From assembly GCA_963727775.1 (NCBI GenBank), contig CAVSHB010000001.1:96001-160000 (forward strand): a stretch of 64,000 nt of DNA, read 5' to 3'. Shown here one piece after another: positions 1-9,319 of this stretch (positions are counted from its first letter, which is position 1; every line of letters begins with the position of its first letter). The position numbers were made by a program, and so were the translations under genes. Below the pieces are notes generated by a model, which searched no databases, was not told where the DNA came from, and saw only the letters and a program-made list of their open reading frames with translations. The DNA is from an uncultured Nitrospiraceae bacterium (GTDB lineage Bacteria > Nitrospirota > Thermodesulfovibrionia > Thermodesulfovibrionales > SM23-35).

Positions 1-1
1 G

Positions 2-898
2 AAATCCCAAAGTAATATTGTAAGTGAAGTACATGTCCAGAGGGCCGTTGACGATAAGGTGTTCAGGACAAACAGGATTGAAGAGCGTCTTAGGGAAATG
101 ATATTGGAAGGGACCCTCATTGTAGATACGGCCGGAGAGAAAGCAGGACAGATAAACGGCCTCGCTGTCCTCGATCTGGGTGATTACAGTTTTGGAAAAC
201 CGTCGAGGATAACCGCGAGGGCATACGCCGGGAGGGCCGGTGTCGTGAATATAGAGAGGGAGACGAAGATGAGCGGCAAGATACACGAAAAGGCGATCCT
301 CATAATCTCGCATTTCCTCGGAAGCAGATATGCTGTAAAAAAACCGATTAGTCTGTCCGCGTCGATCACGTTCGAGCAGCTTTACGATATGGTTGAAGGT
401 GACAGCGCGACCTGCGCCGAGCTTTATGCATTGCTGAGCAGTATCGCAAACGTACCGCTGAAACAAAGTATTGCCATCACAGGCTCCATGGACCAAAACG
501 GAGAAGTCCAGCCTATAGGCGGGGTCAACGAAAAGATAGAGGGCTTTTTTGACCTTTGCAGGATTGTAGGCCTTAACGGAAGTCACGGAGTGATAATCCC
601 CGCAAGGAATATTAAACACTTAATGCTGAAAAAAGATGTTGTTGAAGCAGTAAAACAGGGCAAGTTCTCCATCTATCCGATCAGCAAAGTTGATGAAGGA
701 CTGGAGATCCTTACCGGCATGCAGGTGGGCGAACTTGGAGAGGACGGAACATATCCTGAAGGGACTATTAATTATCTTGTAGCAAAGCGGCTGACCGAGA
801 TATCCGAGTCCTTGGAAAAGAAAAAAGAAAAAGAAAAGGAAGAGGAAAAAGAGGAAGAAAAACAGGTCAAAGAACAGGATAAAGAAAAAAGTAAATGA
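2..898 (+). CDS. Lon-like (LonB/LonC-type) protease, C-terminal part, 5'-truncated by the window edge
   Basis: Frame open from base 2; GQINGLAV, EGDSAT (catalytic Ser region), TGSMDQNGEVQPIGGVNEKIEGF motifs of the Lon proteolytic domain; KE-rich tail. Confidence 0.9.
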   Translation, partial: KSQSNIVSEVHVQRAVDDKVFRTNRIEERLREMILEGTLIVDTAGEKAGQINGLAVLDLGDYSFGKPSRITARAYAGRAGVVNIERETKMSGKIHEKAILIISHFLGSRYAVKKPISLSASITFEQLYDMVEGDSATCAELYALLSSIANVPLKQSIAITGSMDQNGEVQPIGGVNEKIEGFFDLCRIVGLNGSHGVIIPARNIKHLMLKKDVVEAVKQGKFSIYPISKVDEGLEILTGMQVGELGEDGTYPEGTINYLVAKRLTEISESLEKKKEKEKEEEKEEEKQVKEQDKEKSK

Positions 899-1797
899 AA
901 AAAGCGGCATGGCTGCTTGAGTCCCTGTTATGTATTGTTCTCTCCATACCGTTGGCGATCCTGCCGCTGCAATGGTCGATGAAGGCCGGCGAAATACTCG
1001 GCCTCCTGCTTTTCTATCTATGGGGGGGCAGGAGAATGATTGCGATTGAGAACCTGTCAAAATCCGTTTCAGTTAATGCCATAGCTACCACAGAGCATGC
1101 CGAAGAAATAATCAGAAACAATTTTAAAAATCTCGGAAGGTCTTTTGTCGAAGTAATTAAAATATTTTTCGGCTTCGGCAAAGGGATAATAGATTCCGTA
1201 GATATTGAAGGCATCGAAAACTTTCAGAAGGCCGAGTCAAAAGGAAAAGGAATTATCTACATAACAGGCCACTGCGGCAACTGGGAGTTGCTGGCAACCG
1301 CCTTGTCTGTGAAGGTTTCAGAGATTTCAGTTGTGGCAAGACCCATCGATAACCCATATATAAACAACTTCGTCGAACGAGTAAGAAGAAAATTCGGCAA
1401 CAGCGTCATCTATAAAAAAGGAGCGCTGAAACCTATAATGCAAACGCTCAAGAATAACAGGTGTGTGGGCATATTGATGGACCAGGCCGTCTTGCGCGAT
1501 GAAGGCGTTATTATCGATTTCCTCGGCAGGGGCGCATGGACAACAAAGATGCCTGCACTTATAGCAAGAAAGACCGCTGCTGCGGTACTGCCCGTTTTCA
1601 TACACAGGACACGGGAAGGCCATAGGATAAAGATATACCCGGAGGCGGAACTCTCACAAAGCAATGACAGGGACACAGCTATACAAGAAGACACAAAATG
1701 TTTCTCGGCCTTTATTGAAACCTACATTAAAGAACATCCCACGGAATGGCTCTGGATACATAAGAGGTGGAAAAGGGTGCAGGAGAGTGATAAGTAA
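895..1797 (+). CDS. Lipid A lauroyl/myristoyl acyltransferase (LpxL/HtrB family)
   Basis: HCGNWE acyltransferase motif, ILMDQ, PTEWLWIHKRWK C-terminus. Confidence 0.9.
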   Translation: MKKAAWLLESLLCIVLSIPLAILPLQWSMKAGEILGLLLFYLWGGRRMIAIENLSKSVSVNAIATTEHAEEIIRNNFKNLGRSFVEVIKIFFGFGKGIIDSVDIEGIENFQKAESKGKGIIYITGHCGNWELLATALSVKVSEISVVARPIDNPYINNFVERVRRKFGNSVIYKKGALKPIMQTLKNNRCVGILMDQAVLRDEGVIIDFLGRGAWTTKMPALIARKTAAAVLPVFIHRTREGHRIKIYPEAELSQSNDRDTAIQEDTKCFSAFIETYIKEHPTEWLWIHKRWKRVQESDK

Positions 1798-1874
1798 TAT
1801 AACGTTGATTTCCACAAGTTCCTATCAATTGTGTTAAACCCGAAAAATGCAGATATTGTTTCCGCTCACGGAGG

Positions 1875-1974
1875 CGGGTTCAATTTTGTAAATTGAACCC
1901 GATGTTTTGATCACCGCCGGAACCTCGCTCTTATCGCATTGAAATATTTGGGTTCAGGTTTTAAACCTGAACCC
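1875..1974. repeat. Pair of related REP-like palindromes
   Basis: CGGGTTCAATTT-TGT-AAATTGAACCCG (1875-1901) and GGGTTCAGGTTT-T-AAACCTGAACCC (1950-1974). Confidence 0.7.
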
Positions 1975-2130
1975 GCAGAGGAAAGCAGGAGGATATTTCA
2001 GCTGGGAATCTGCAAAAACTTCCCGCAAGAATATTGGATTCTGTAATTATTTATATTCTATATATTATTTAAAATAACAATATTATATAGAATTATCAGG
2101 CACCTATCAGCGGTTTCTCGACAAAATTCA

Positions 2131-2159
2131 TTGACAATAAGCCTGAGAAATTATAACCT
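2131..2159 (+). promoter_or_regulatory. Putative sigma70 promoter upstream of the cassette-like genes
   Basis: TTGACA-17 bp-TAACCT. Confidence 0.45.
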
Positions 2160-2215
2160 TTTAAGCAAATATATAATATGTATAAAAATAAATGTTGGGC
2201 CGATAAAATGGAAAC

Positions 2216-3076
2216 ATGATTAAACATTCACCAGACAAGAACGAAATAATATCTGCAATTCGACAAACTGCAAATGAGTTGGGTAGGTCACCTTCTCGCT
2301 CTGCGTTTATCGGTCATACTGGCATTAGCGAATATCAGGTTCTTAAATATTTCCCGAGTTGGAATAGTGCTGTGTTAGAGGCCGGATTGGAGCCAGATAC
2401 TTCAAATGTGCAGATTGATGATGATACCTTAATTGTAGATTGGAGCAATGTTGTACGGCTCTTGCGCCAAATTCCCACCCGTATTCAATATAGGAATCAA
2501 GGCAAGTTCAGCGCTTCATCATTTGAGCATCGTTTCGGACCATGGTCACGCATTCCAGATAGATTCAGAGTATTCGCCACGAATAAACCTGAATGGAATG
2601 ATATTATAGCACTCTTACCTGTTCAAGCATCTAATACGACAGTAAAAAATCAACCAGTGGCTGATGCAACTACAAATTTAGGAACACGTCATTGCGCTAA
2701 AAAGCACTCAAAATTGAGCGATCGTCCAATCTACGGCAATCACTTGGACTTTCGTGGTCTACGGCATGAGCCAGTAAATGAAAATGGTGTTATTTTCCTT
2801 TTTGGCATTGTTGCACGTGAACTTGGCTATTCAGTAGAAGCTGTACAGGCGGGGTTTCCGGACTGCGAAGCTAAAAGACAAATAGATCCAGGCAAGTGGC
2901 AGCGTGTTCGAATTGAGTTTGAATATGAAAGCAGAAACTTTCGCGATCATGGGCACCCTTCAGATCTTTGTGATGTCATCGTCTGTTGGCGTCACAATTG
3001 GCAAGGATGTCCCGATCACATTGAGGTCATAGAACTCTCTAAGGTTATAAAACAACTTGCTAAATCTGATGAATGA
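2216..3076 (+). CDS. Putative endonuclease: N-terminal homing-endonuclease-associated-like repeats plus C-terminal PD-(D/E)XK-like domain
   Basis: Two helical repeats (LGRSPS...YFPSWNSA; LRQIPT...RFGPWS), then FPDC...RIEFEYES...CDVIVCW. Confidence 0.65.
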   Translation: MIKHSPDKNEIISAIRQTANELGRSPSRSAFIGHTGISEYQVLKYFPSWNSAVLEAGLEPDTSNVQIDDDTLIVDWSNVVRLLRQIPTRIQYRNQGKFSASSFEHRFGPWSRIPDRFRVFATNKPEWNDIIALLPVQASNTTVKNQPVADATTNLGTRHCAKKHSKLSDRPIYGNHLDFRGLRHEPVNENGVIFLFGIVARELGYSVEAVQAGFPDCEAKRQIDPGKWQRVRIEFEYESRNFRDHGHPSDLCDVIVCWRHNWQGCPDHIEVIELSKVIKQLAKSDE

Positions 3077-3247
3077 TTAACAGCTAAGGCTTGCGAATAT
3101 GCAAATAGAATGATATGAGATTATAAGCGTGGCACGGAAGCCGCGCATACAATTTGAGGAGCTTTTTACCACATAATCATCCGAGGTAATCAGAGACAGG
3201 ATATCTTTCTTGACATACCCGACCAGCGTTATGTATATCCATAAAAG

Positions 3248-3296
3248 TTGATGGGGTAAGTCCATAATGTGTATAATTAAGCTTAAGGATACACAT
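3248..3296 (+). promoter_or_regulatory. vapBC promoter with operator palindrome
   Basis: TTGATG...TGTG-TATAAT overlapped by inverted repeat ATGTGTAT (3267-3274) / ATACACAT (3289-3296). Confidence 0.6.
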
Positions 3297-3307
3297 AGGA
3301 GGCTGCA

Positions 3308-3502
3308 ATGAGAACGAATGTTGTTATTGATGATGACCTGATGATATCCGCTGTTAAGGTATCCGGTCTTAAGACAAAAAAGGCTGCCATAGAAGAAGGA
3401 TTAAAATTACTGGTGCGACGCAGTCGGCAAGTAAAAACCAGAGAGTTTCGGGGTAAACTCAAGTGGTCCGGCAACCTTGATGAGATGCGAACAGACAAAT
3501 GA
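3308..3502 (+). CDS. vapB: VapB-family antitoxin
   Basis: MRTNVVIDDDL...TKKAAIEEGL...W.GNLDEMR; ATGA overlap with the PIN gene. Confidence 0.9.
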   Translation: MRTNVVIDDDLMISAVKVSGLKTKKAAIEEGLKLLVRRSRQVKTREFRGKLKWSGNLDEMRTDK

Positions 3503-3894
3503 TATTAGTAGATTCATCTGTCTGGATCGATTATTTCAACGGCAGAAAAACAACTAAAACCGATTGGCTTGATTCAGCTCTCGGGGATGAACAGATTATT
3601 GTCGGTGACCTCATTCTGACTGAAGTTCTGCAGGGATTTCAAAGCGATCATGACTTCAAGACAGCCAGAAAATTACTTTTGGATTTTCCTTTTATGGAAA
3701 TGGTGGGACAGGAATTGGCAATAAAGAGCGCACTCAATTATCGGTTTCTCAGAAAGAAGGGTGTCACGGTAAGGAAGACCATAGACGTGATAATTGGAAC
3801 ATTCTGTCTCAATTATCAACTGGCGCTGCTACATGATGACAGAGATTTCGATCCGATGGAAAAATATCTTAATCTTAAAATAGTTGTCACATAA
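3499..3894 (+). CDS. vapC: VapC PIN-domain toxin
   Basis: MILVDSSVWIDYF, EVLQG, KTIDVIIG, LLHDDRDF. Confidence 0.93.
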   Translation: MILVDSSVWIDYFNGRKTTKTDWLDSALGDEQIIVGDLILTEVLQGFQSDHDFKTARKLLLDFPFMEMVGQELAIKSALNYRFLRKKGVTVRKTIDVIIGTFCLNYQLALLHDDRDFDPMEKYLNLKIVVT

Positions 3895-3948
3895 CGAATT
3901 ACTCCACTGTACTCCGCTTCTCTTCACCGGTACGTTACGTCGTTAGTC
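3889..3948 (+). other. Degenerate integron attC site (60 bp)
   Basis: ACATAAC-5 bp-ACTCCACT...GGTACGT-6 bp-GTTAGTC; vapC stop lies in R''; complementary GTTATGT at 3228 upstream of vapB. Confidence 0.7.
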
Positions 3949-3962
3949 CATATGGAGGGATT

Positions 3963-4157
3963 ATGGAAATAACCGAAGCTACCAGAGACGATATTCAAGG
4001 ATTGTGCGATCTCTCGGGTCTGTTGTTTGTACAGGAAGCCGAGTTCCGGCCAGACCGAACTCTGCAATCAGCTGGTTTGCAGCAAATCATCGATTTCCCG
4101 GAACGCGGTCGGATTCTGGTCCTTTGCGAAGGGGCTTCTTTGTTTCTTGAGAGATGA
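3963..4157 (+). pseudogene. Truncated GNAT acetyltransferase (N-terminal part only)
   Basis: MEITEATRDDIQGLCDLSGLLFVQEAEF..GRILV is a GNAT N-terminus; strong RBS; only 64 aa. Confidence 0.6.
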
Positions 4158-4200
4158 TCCGACGCAGTCGTTAGAAAACAAAGATGCCGCAATTCGCGTG

Positions 4201-4229
4201 TTGACATAAACTAAAGCAGTTGATAAGAT
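4201..4229 (+). promoter_or_regulatory. sigma70 promoter, near-leaderless transcript
   Basis: TTGACA-17 bp-TAAGAT ending 10 bp before ATG 4240; no SD. Confidence 0.55.
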
Positions 4230-4239
4230 TCTGCGTATA

Positions 4240-4830
4240 ATGGTGGAAGATACTAAATATTGCCTGTGCTGCGACGAACAGGTGCCGTTCAGCGTTATTG
4301 AAAGGTACGAAAAGAGAGAAGTAAGATGTATCTTTTGCGGCTTTACCCTTGATGTCCAGAAGCTGTCGGAACTCAGGAAAAGCAATGAAAAGGGCTATGC
4401 CTTAGTGGCCGATGATTCAAAATACACCAGAAGGATCATTATAGATATCCTGAAAGAGAAAAATCATTGGGCTTCTGTAGAGTCTTTTGGAAACGGGGCG
4501 GAGCTGATATCGGCATATTCACATTTGCGGTCCAAGGACAAAACTGTAGACGTAGTAATCGTAGACCTGAACATGCCGGTAATGGACGGGATTACTGCTG
4601 CAAGAACGATAAGGGCCTTTGAGGGCCGGCAAGATATCGATAAAGTTCCGATCATTTTTTTCTCATCGGAGAAGGCGGATGAACATCTGAGAAGGCAGAT
4701 GGAAAATCTTGCCCCTGCCCATTATATGAACAAGGCCACCGATCCCGATCCTGATAAACTTGCAATGCGCGTTGAACAGCTTGTGAAATATATTTTGGAA
4801 GAAAAGATTTCAGAAAAAACAGAAATCTGA
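4240..4830 (+). CDS. Response regulator receiver protein with N-terminal zinc ribbon
   Basis: CxxC...CxxC N-terminus; LVADDS, IVDLNMPVMDG, conserved Lys. Confidence 0.85.
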   Translation: MVEDTKYCLCCDEQVPFSVIERYEKREVRCIFCGFTLDVQKLSELRKSNEKGYALVADDSKYTRRIIIDILKEKNHWASVESFGNGAELISAYSHLRSKDKTVDVVIVDLNMPVMDGITAARTIRAFEGRQDIDKVPIIFFSSEKADEHLRRQMENLAPAHYMNKATDPDPDKLAMRVEQLVKYILEEKISEKTEI

Positions 4831-4868
4831 GCTGGATTATTTACCCCGAATAAAGCAGCCTTGGTTGC

Positions 4869-4996
4869 ACCGGGGATAGAGCGTTCTCGCTCATTCTCGG
4901 TCGTTCCGACCTCCGAGGCCTTTGCCTCTCTATTTTTTAGAATGTCTTTAATTCGACTATCGGCAAAGGAACCCGCGAGAATACTCTATCCCCGGT
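4869..4996 (+). repeat. Structured three-way-junction element, copy 1
   Basis: Outer stem ACCGGGGATAGAG..TTCTCGC/GCGAGAA..CTCTATCCCCGGT; core CGCTCATTCTCGGTC...GACCTCCGAGG...AACCCGC. Confidence 0.8.
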
Positions 4997-5012
4997 TCCC
5001 AGTAAGCGTGCT

Positions 5013-5585
5013 TTATACTTTTACCAATTCCTTCCCTGCCTCATAAGCATCTTTTAAAGCCGAAGGATTTTTTAAAATCGCGCCCTTTGCATCGACGCCC
5101 AAATAGCTTAATGTCTTATGTCCGGGGACGCTGACTGTCCTGAAAAATGCTTTTGCTGAGACCTCTGCGCATTGGACCCCTATTTCTTTTTTCATGCCGC
5201 CTACCAGCAGTAAAAGGCCCTTTCTACCGTAAGGTCCTTCAGGTATCGGTGTTTTCAGCAGATATTTTTCGCACCAAAAGCACTGGCATCTGTCTATCAT
5301 TATCTTAGTCTGAGCACTGAGGGCGAAGAAAAATATGGGCGACGCAAGTATGATCCGGTCGGCAGTCCGTATTGCATCATAGATTTGGGCCATTTCGTCT
5401 TCAAATATACAAATCCCTGTGTCGTCGCACCCGCCGCAGTTCTGGCATGGAGCGATGTTCATAAGGTTCAGATTGAAGACACGGACATTCTGCCCGGACT
5501 CCTCAATGCCCTGGACCGCCTTCATGAGCAATAGTTCCGTATTGCCTTCTTTTCTCGGGCTGCCCAAAAACGCGACTATGTTCAT
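5013..5585 (-). CDS. Flavodoxin-like / iron-sulfur flavoprotein (NADPH-dependent FMN reductase family)
   Basis: GSPRKEGNT, CxxCxxCxxxxxC, ASPIFF, KIMIDR. Confidence 0.9.
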   Translation of the reverse strand: MNIVAFLGSPRKEGNTELLLMKAVQGIEESGQNVRVFNLNLMNIAPCQNCGGCDDTGICIFEDEMAQIYDAIRTADRIILASPIFFFALSAQTKIMIDRCQCFWCEKYLLKTPIPEGPYGRKGLLLLVGGMKKEIGVQCAEVSAKAFFRTVSVPGHKTLSYLGVDAKGAILKNPSALKDAYEAGKELVKV

Positions 5586-5599
5586 TCGCGCTTCTCCAT

Positions 5600-7102
5600 T
5601 TATTTCTTCTTCCCTTTTTTGAATTCCGCCCAGTCTTTCATATGCTGCAGGTTTTCATTGAGATACCACCATCCGTATTTAAAAGCCGTGTAATCCGGCG
5701 CGCCGGTCATGGCTGAGGCGTATCGGATGGAATTTGAATAGAAAAGCCATTGCCGTATCCACATCTGTTCTATGGACTCATCGAAGGGGTTTGTTTTGTC
5801 TGCAGTCCCATCCTCCCATGCTTCAGTAATGAGTTTTGTTGCAGCGAGGACCATCTCGTCGGTTTCCCTGGTGGTACTTTCGAGTTTCGCAAAATGTCCT
5901 CTGACCCAGTCTGTGCTGTGACAAGTGTAGCAAATCTTTTTTATAATATTACGCCTTTGTTCCTGTTCCGGTTTATCGATGAGATATTCTGATGCAGCCT
6001 CCCCGCTGAATGTAACCGGCATGGGCAGGCCGTCTTTGTTCCTGATAATTGTGGTGTCTCCTGACTTCGGTTGTGGGTGGCTGTAAATAAGGCCGAAAAG
6101 CCTGACCCACAATCTGGACCCGAAATCATGGGTCCTGTCGACAATCACGTTGTTGTCAGGCGACACGATAAGGCTGTTATGGCAGACCGAACATGTCGGG
6201 GCCTTAAAGTCTTTCCCTAACCTCCACGGCACGTTTGTAAAGTCCCAGGCGCTGCCTTTTGATGAATAGATATTGCCGTGTTTGCTCTCTTCGTACACGT
6301 CCCACGCGGGGACGTCAGGTTCATGGTGGCACTGGCTGCAGGTATAAGGCTTCCTTGCGACTTCTATTAAAAATCCGTGGCGAGGATGACAAGCTGAACA
6401 GGCGCCTGAACTACCGTCGGGATTCACCCTCCCAACCCCCTGGTTCGGCCAGTTGGTCAGCGCGGGTACCACAATATCCCCGATTTTTACGGAGATGGTT
6501 TTTGTGCCCTTTGCCTCAACCTTTGTGCCGTGGCAACCGAGGCATGTTTCACGCAAGGTATCTTCCGAGGGCTTGGTCGCAAAAAAGCTTTTATTGCCGA
6601 CCTTCCTCACCCCGGTCACTGTATCTACCAATGTATGATAGACCGGATTATCCATGAGATCTTTATAGGCCATGGACTTCTTGCTACCAAGAAATTGTTT
6701 TGCCTCTGTCGGATGACAGATTTTGCAATCATTTGGTGTTACAACCACATTTATCCTCTGTCCCATGTGTTCGAAATTGTCCTTGTGGACCTCCGGATTC
6801 CGGCTATGACATTCGAAGCAACCTACTGCATATGTCCTCAATTCCCCGGGAAGAACTTCAGCAGAAATCCTTTTCTCTAAAGCGGCTTTACCCATAGCCT
6901 CAGCAGGGATTGTCTTTGAGTGCCTGCTTGTTAACCAGTCTTTTACGATCCCCGGCGTATAAATCTTATGACATCCGATGCAGGTCTTTGTTTGAGGACT
7001 CAATGGGACACCGGACAGCAGGTCTTCGTCCTCTGCGAATACCATATTCAAGGAAAACAATAAAAGGACTGAAGCCAGCGTTATGTATGCTATTGATTTC
7101 AT
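5600..7102 (-). CDS. Octaheme cytochrome c, hydroxylamine oxidoreductase family
   Basis: Signal peptide; eight CxxCH motifs; YEESKHG and APTCSVCH HAO-family motifs. Confidence 0.88.
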   Translation of the reverse strand: MKSIAYITLASVLLLFSLNMVFAEDEDLLSGVPLSPQTKTCIGCHKIYTPGIVKDWLTSRHSKTIPAEAMGKAALEKRISAEVLPGELRTYAVGCFECHSRNPEVHKDNFEHMGQRINVVVTPNDCKICHPTEAKQFLGSKKSMAYKDLMDNPVYHTLVDTVTGVRKVGNKSFFATKPSEDTLRETCLGCHGTKVEAKGTKTISVKIGDIVVPALTNWPNQGVGRVNPDGSSGACSACHPRHGFLIEVARKPYTCSQCHHEPDVPAWDVYEESKHGNIYSSKGSAWDFTNVPWRLGKDFKAPTCSVCHNSLIVSPDNNVIVDRTHDFGSRLWVRLFGLIYSHPQPKSGDTTIIRNKDGLPMPVTFSGEAASEYLIDKPEQEQRRNIIKKICYTCHSTDWVRGHFAKLESTTRETDEMVLAATKLITEAWEDGTADKTNPFDESIEQMWIRQWLFYSNSIRYASAMTGAPDYTAFKYGWWYLNENLQHMKDWAEFKKGKKK

Positions 7103-7129
7103 GGCCGCTCTTTTCAGGAAGGCTGTCGC

Positions 7130-7624
7130 CTACTCAACCTTCTTGAACCTCTTTTTTACGGCGCAGCAAATAGGACATTTATCGGGCGGCTCCCCTTCGA
7201 CTGTATGACCGCATACCTGGCAGACATAATAATCAACCTCGGGGTTGTTACCGAGCTTTTCGAGCGCTTTTTTGTAAAGGCCAGCGTGGATTTTCTCGAC
7301 CGCGTTTGCAAGACTGAATGATGTCTCTGCCCGCTTATTGCCCTCTGCCTGTGCATCTTCAATCATATGCGGATACATATCCTGGAACTCAAATGTCTCA
7401 CCTGCGACAGCGGCTTCAATATTCTCTTTTGTGCCCTTGATGTCTCCGAGTTCCCTCAGGTGGTTTAGAGCATGCACTGTTTCCGACTCGGCAGCGGCCC
7501 TGAAGAGTTTTGCGACCTGTTTGTACCCTTCTGCCTCGGCCTTTACCGCAAAAGCGAGATATTTTCTGTTTGCCTGGGATTCACCTGCGAATGCTTCCTT
7601 AAGATTTTTTTCGGTTTTAGTCAT
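7130..7624 (-). CDS. rbr: Rubrerythrin
   Basis: AFAGESQANRKY, ExxH pairs, C-terminal CQVC...CPIC rubredoxin domain. Confidence 0.93.
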   Translation of the reverse strand: MTKTEKNLKEAFAGESQANRKYLAFAVKAEAEGYKQVAKLFRAAAESETVHALNHLRELGDIKGTKENIEAAVAGETFEFQDMYPHMIEDAQAEGNKRAETSFSLANAVEKIHAGLYKKALEKLGNNPEVDYYVCQVCGHTVEGEPPDKCPICCAVKKRFKKVE

Positions 7625-7678
7625 ATCGACCTCCTCATTTTTAGATTGCTGATATAATATTTTAATACAATAAAAATC

Positions 7679-7999
7679 CTATCCCCGGTTAGTTCTTATT
7701 ACATCGTCAACCCAACTCAGCGCAGCTGATACCGCGGGAAATCCGATGGTGCTTGTGAGCAGGATTATCGTATGGTATATATCCTCATCCTTCGCGCCTG
7801 CCTTTAATGCCCGTCTCGTATGAGAATGGACCGCACCCTCGGATTTCATGGCGGCAGCAGCGGCAAGCTGTATGAGTTGAGACGTTTTTTCATCAAGCGG
7901 ACCTGAAGCGCTCGCGGCCTTGCCGAGATTATCAACTGCCTTCATGAACCCCTTAAACCTTTTTCTCAGTTCAACATAATGATCCGGCAGTTTCTGCAT
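7679..7999 (-). CDS. Carboxymuconolactone decarboxylase (CMD/AhpD-like) family protein
   Basis: GPLDEKTSQLI...EGAVHSH...TIGFP; SD AGGAGG before ATG 7999. Confidence 0.85.
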   Translation of the reverse strand: MQKLPDHYVELRKRFKGFMKAVDNLGKAASASGPLDEKTSQLIQLAAAAAMKSEGAVHSHTRRALKAGAKDEDIYHTIILLTSTIGFPAVSAALSWVDDVIRTNRG

Positions 8000-8047
8000 G
8001 CCCACCTCCTTGGATTTATACATATAAAAATATCACCTATTGGTCCT

Positions 8048-9265
8048 TTATTCAAATTTCTTGTGATATGCTTTTACATTGTTTGCAAATTCTTTGCCGA
8101 ATTTGTAGCAGAGTTCGTGATCTTCAGGGGAAGGTTTGTAATGCACCTGAATTCCCGGTTCCACTGCTTCGATCCCCATCCGTTTAAATTCTTCGTAGAT
8201 GTCTCTGACCGCTCCGCCGCCCCAGCCGTAGCTGCCGAAGGCCCCGACAATGCGGTTTTTCGGTTTAAGCCCTCTCAAATATGTCAAAAATTCTGCGATG
8301 GTCGGAAACATGGAATTGTTCAGAGTCGGTGAACCGATGAGACATCCTCTTGCCTTCCAGAATTCTTTTACCGCAAAGCTTACAGGATCCGCTCTGAGTT
8401 TTATAATTTTTACATCGACCCCCTCGTCTTTAATCCCCTGCATGATAGGGACAGTCATCTCTTCGGTGCTATGCCACATTGTATCGTATATTATTACAAC
8501 CCTCAAGTCTGCTTTCCCGTCAGCCATATCGAGATACATGTTAACGATCTTCGACGGATCTTCCCTCCATATTATCCCGTGGTCAGGGGCAATCATGTCT
8601 ATTTCAAGACCCAACTTACTGACTTCAGCGATTTTGTTTTTTATTAAAGCGCCGAAAGGCATAAGGATATTCGCATAGTAATCTTTTACAGCGTCTTCCA
8701 ATTCAGTTACAGAAAAACAGGTAATGAATTCATCGTCGAATCTCACAGCGGATGCGTAATGCTGTCCGAAAGCATCCTGACTTATAAGGAGCCTGTCCTC
8801 TTTTATATATGTCATCATAGAGTCGGGCCAATGGAGCATAGGCGTTTCCAGAAAAAGCAATGTCCTTTTTCCGATACTTAAAGTATCACCTGTTTTTACG
8901 ATTCGGATGTCCCATTTTGATGTGTCGAAAAACCTGTCGAGGCCTTTCCTGCCTTTGGCGGTCATATAGAGAGCAGCCTTCGGCGTGAGACGCATGATAT
9001 CCCCGATACTTGAGACATGATCATTTTCGATATGGTTTATTACGATATTCTTTATTTTAGAGGGGTCTACAAGACTTTTTATATTATCGATGGTCATCCC
9101 GGAGAACTCATGCCTGACGGTATCAAACAGCGTTATCTGCTCATCTATAATCAGGTAATTATTATATGTTGTTCCGTTTGGGGTAACATAACCATGGAAA
9201 TCCCTGACCGCCCAGTCAATCACTCCTACCCAATAAATATCAGGTTTTATTTCTAAAGCCTTCAT
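8048..9265 (-). CDS. fprA: Flavodiiron protein (O2/NO reductase, FprA type)
   Basis: GTTYNNYLI, HIENDH, HWPDSM, DAFGQH, APDHG, flavodoxin domain FGSYGWGG. Confidence 0.93.
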   Translation of the reverse strand: MKALEIKPDIYWVGVIDWAVRDFHGYVTPNGTTYNNYLIIDEQITLFDTVRHEFSGMTIDNIKSLVDPSKIKNIVINHIENDHVSSIGDIMRLTPKAALYMTAKGRKGLDRFFDTSKWDIRIVKTGDTLSIGKRTLLFLETPMLHWPDSMMTYIKEDRLLISQDAFGQHYASAVRFDDEFITCFSVTELEDAVKDYYANILMPFGALIKNKIAEVSKLGLEIDMIAPDHGIIWREDPSKIVNMYLDMADGKADLRVVIIYDTMWHSTEEMTVPIMQGIKDEGVDVKIIKLRADPVSFAVKEFWKARGCLIGSPTLNNSMFPTIAEFLTYLRGLKPKNRIVGAFGSYGWGGGAVRDIYEEFKRMGIEAVEPGIQVHYKPSPEDHELCYKFGKEFANNVKAYHKKFE

Positions 9266-9319
9266 AAAATACCTCCTTTTTAAATTTTATTCTTACAATC
9301 AAGACATGTCCCGTAAGAT

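Noticed and set aside
815..895. Purine-rich tract at the end of the Lon-like gene
   Set aside because: Encodes a low-complexity Lys/Glu tail; not a separate element
3077..3227. attC site after the first nuclease
   Set aside because: TAAC and a GC-rich patch are present, but L and R boxes could not be paired
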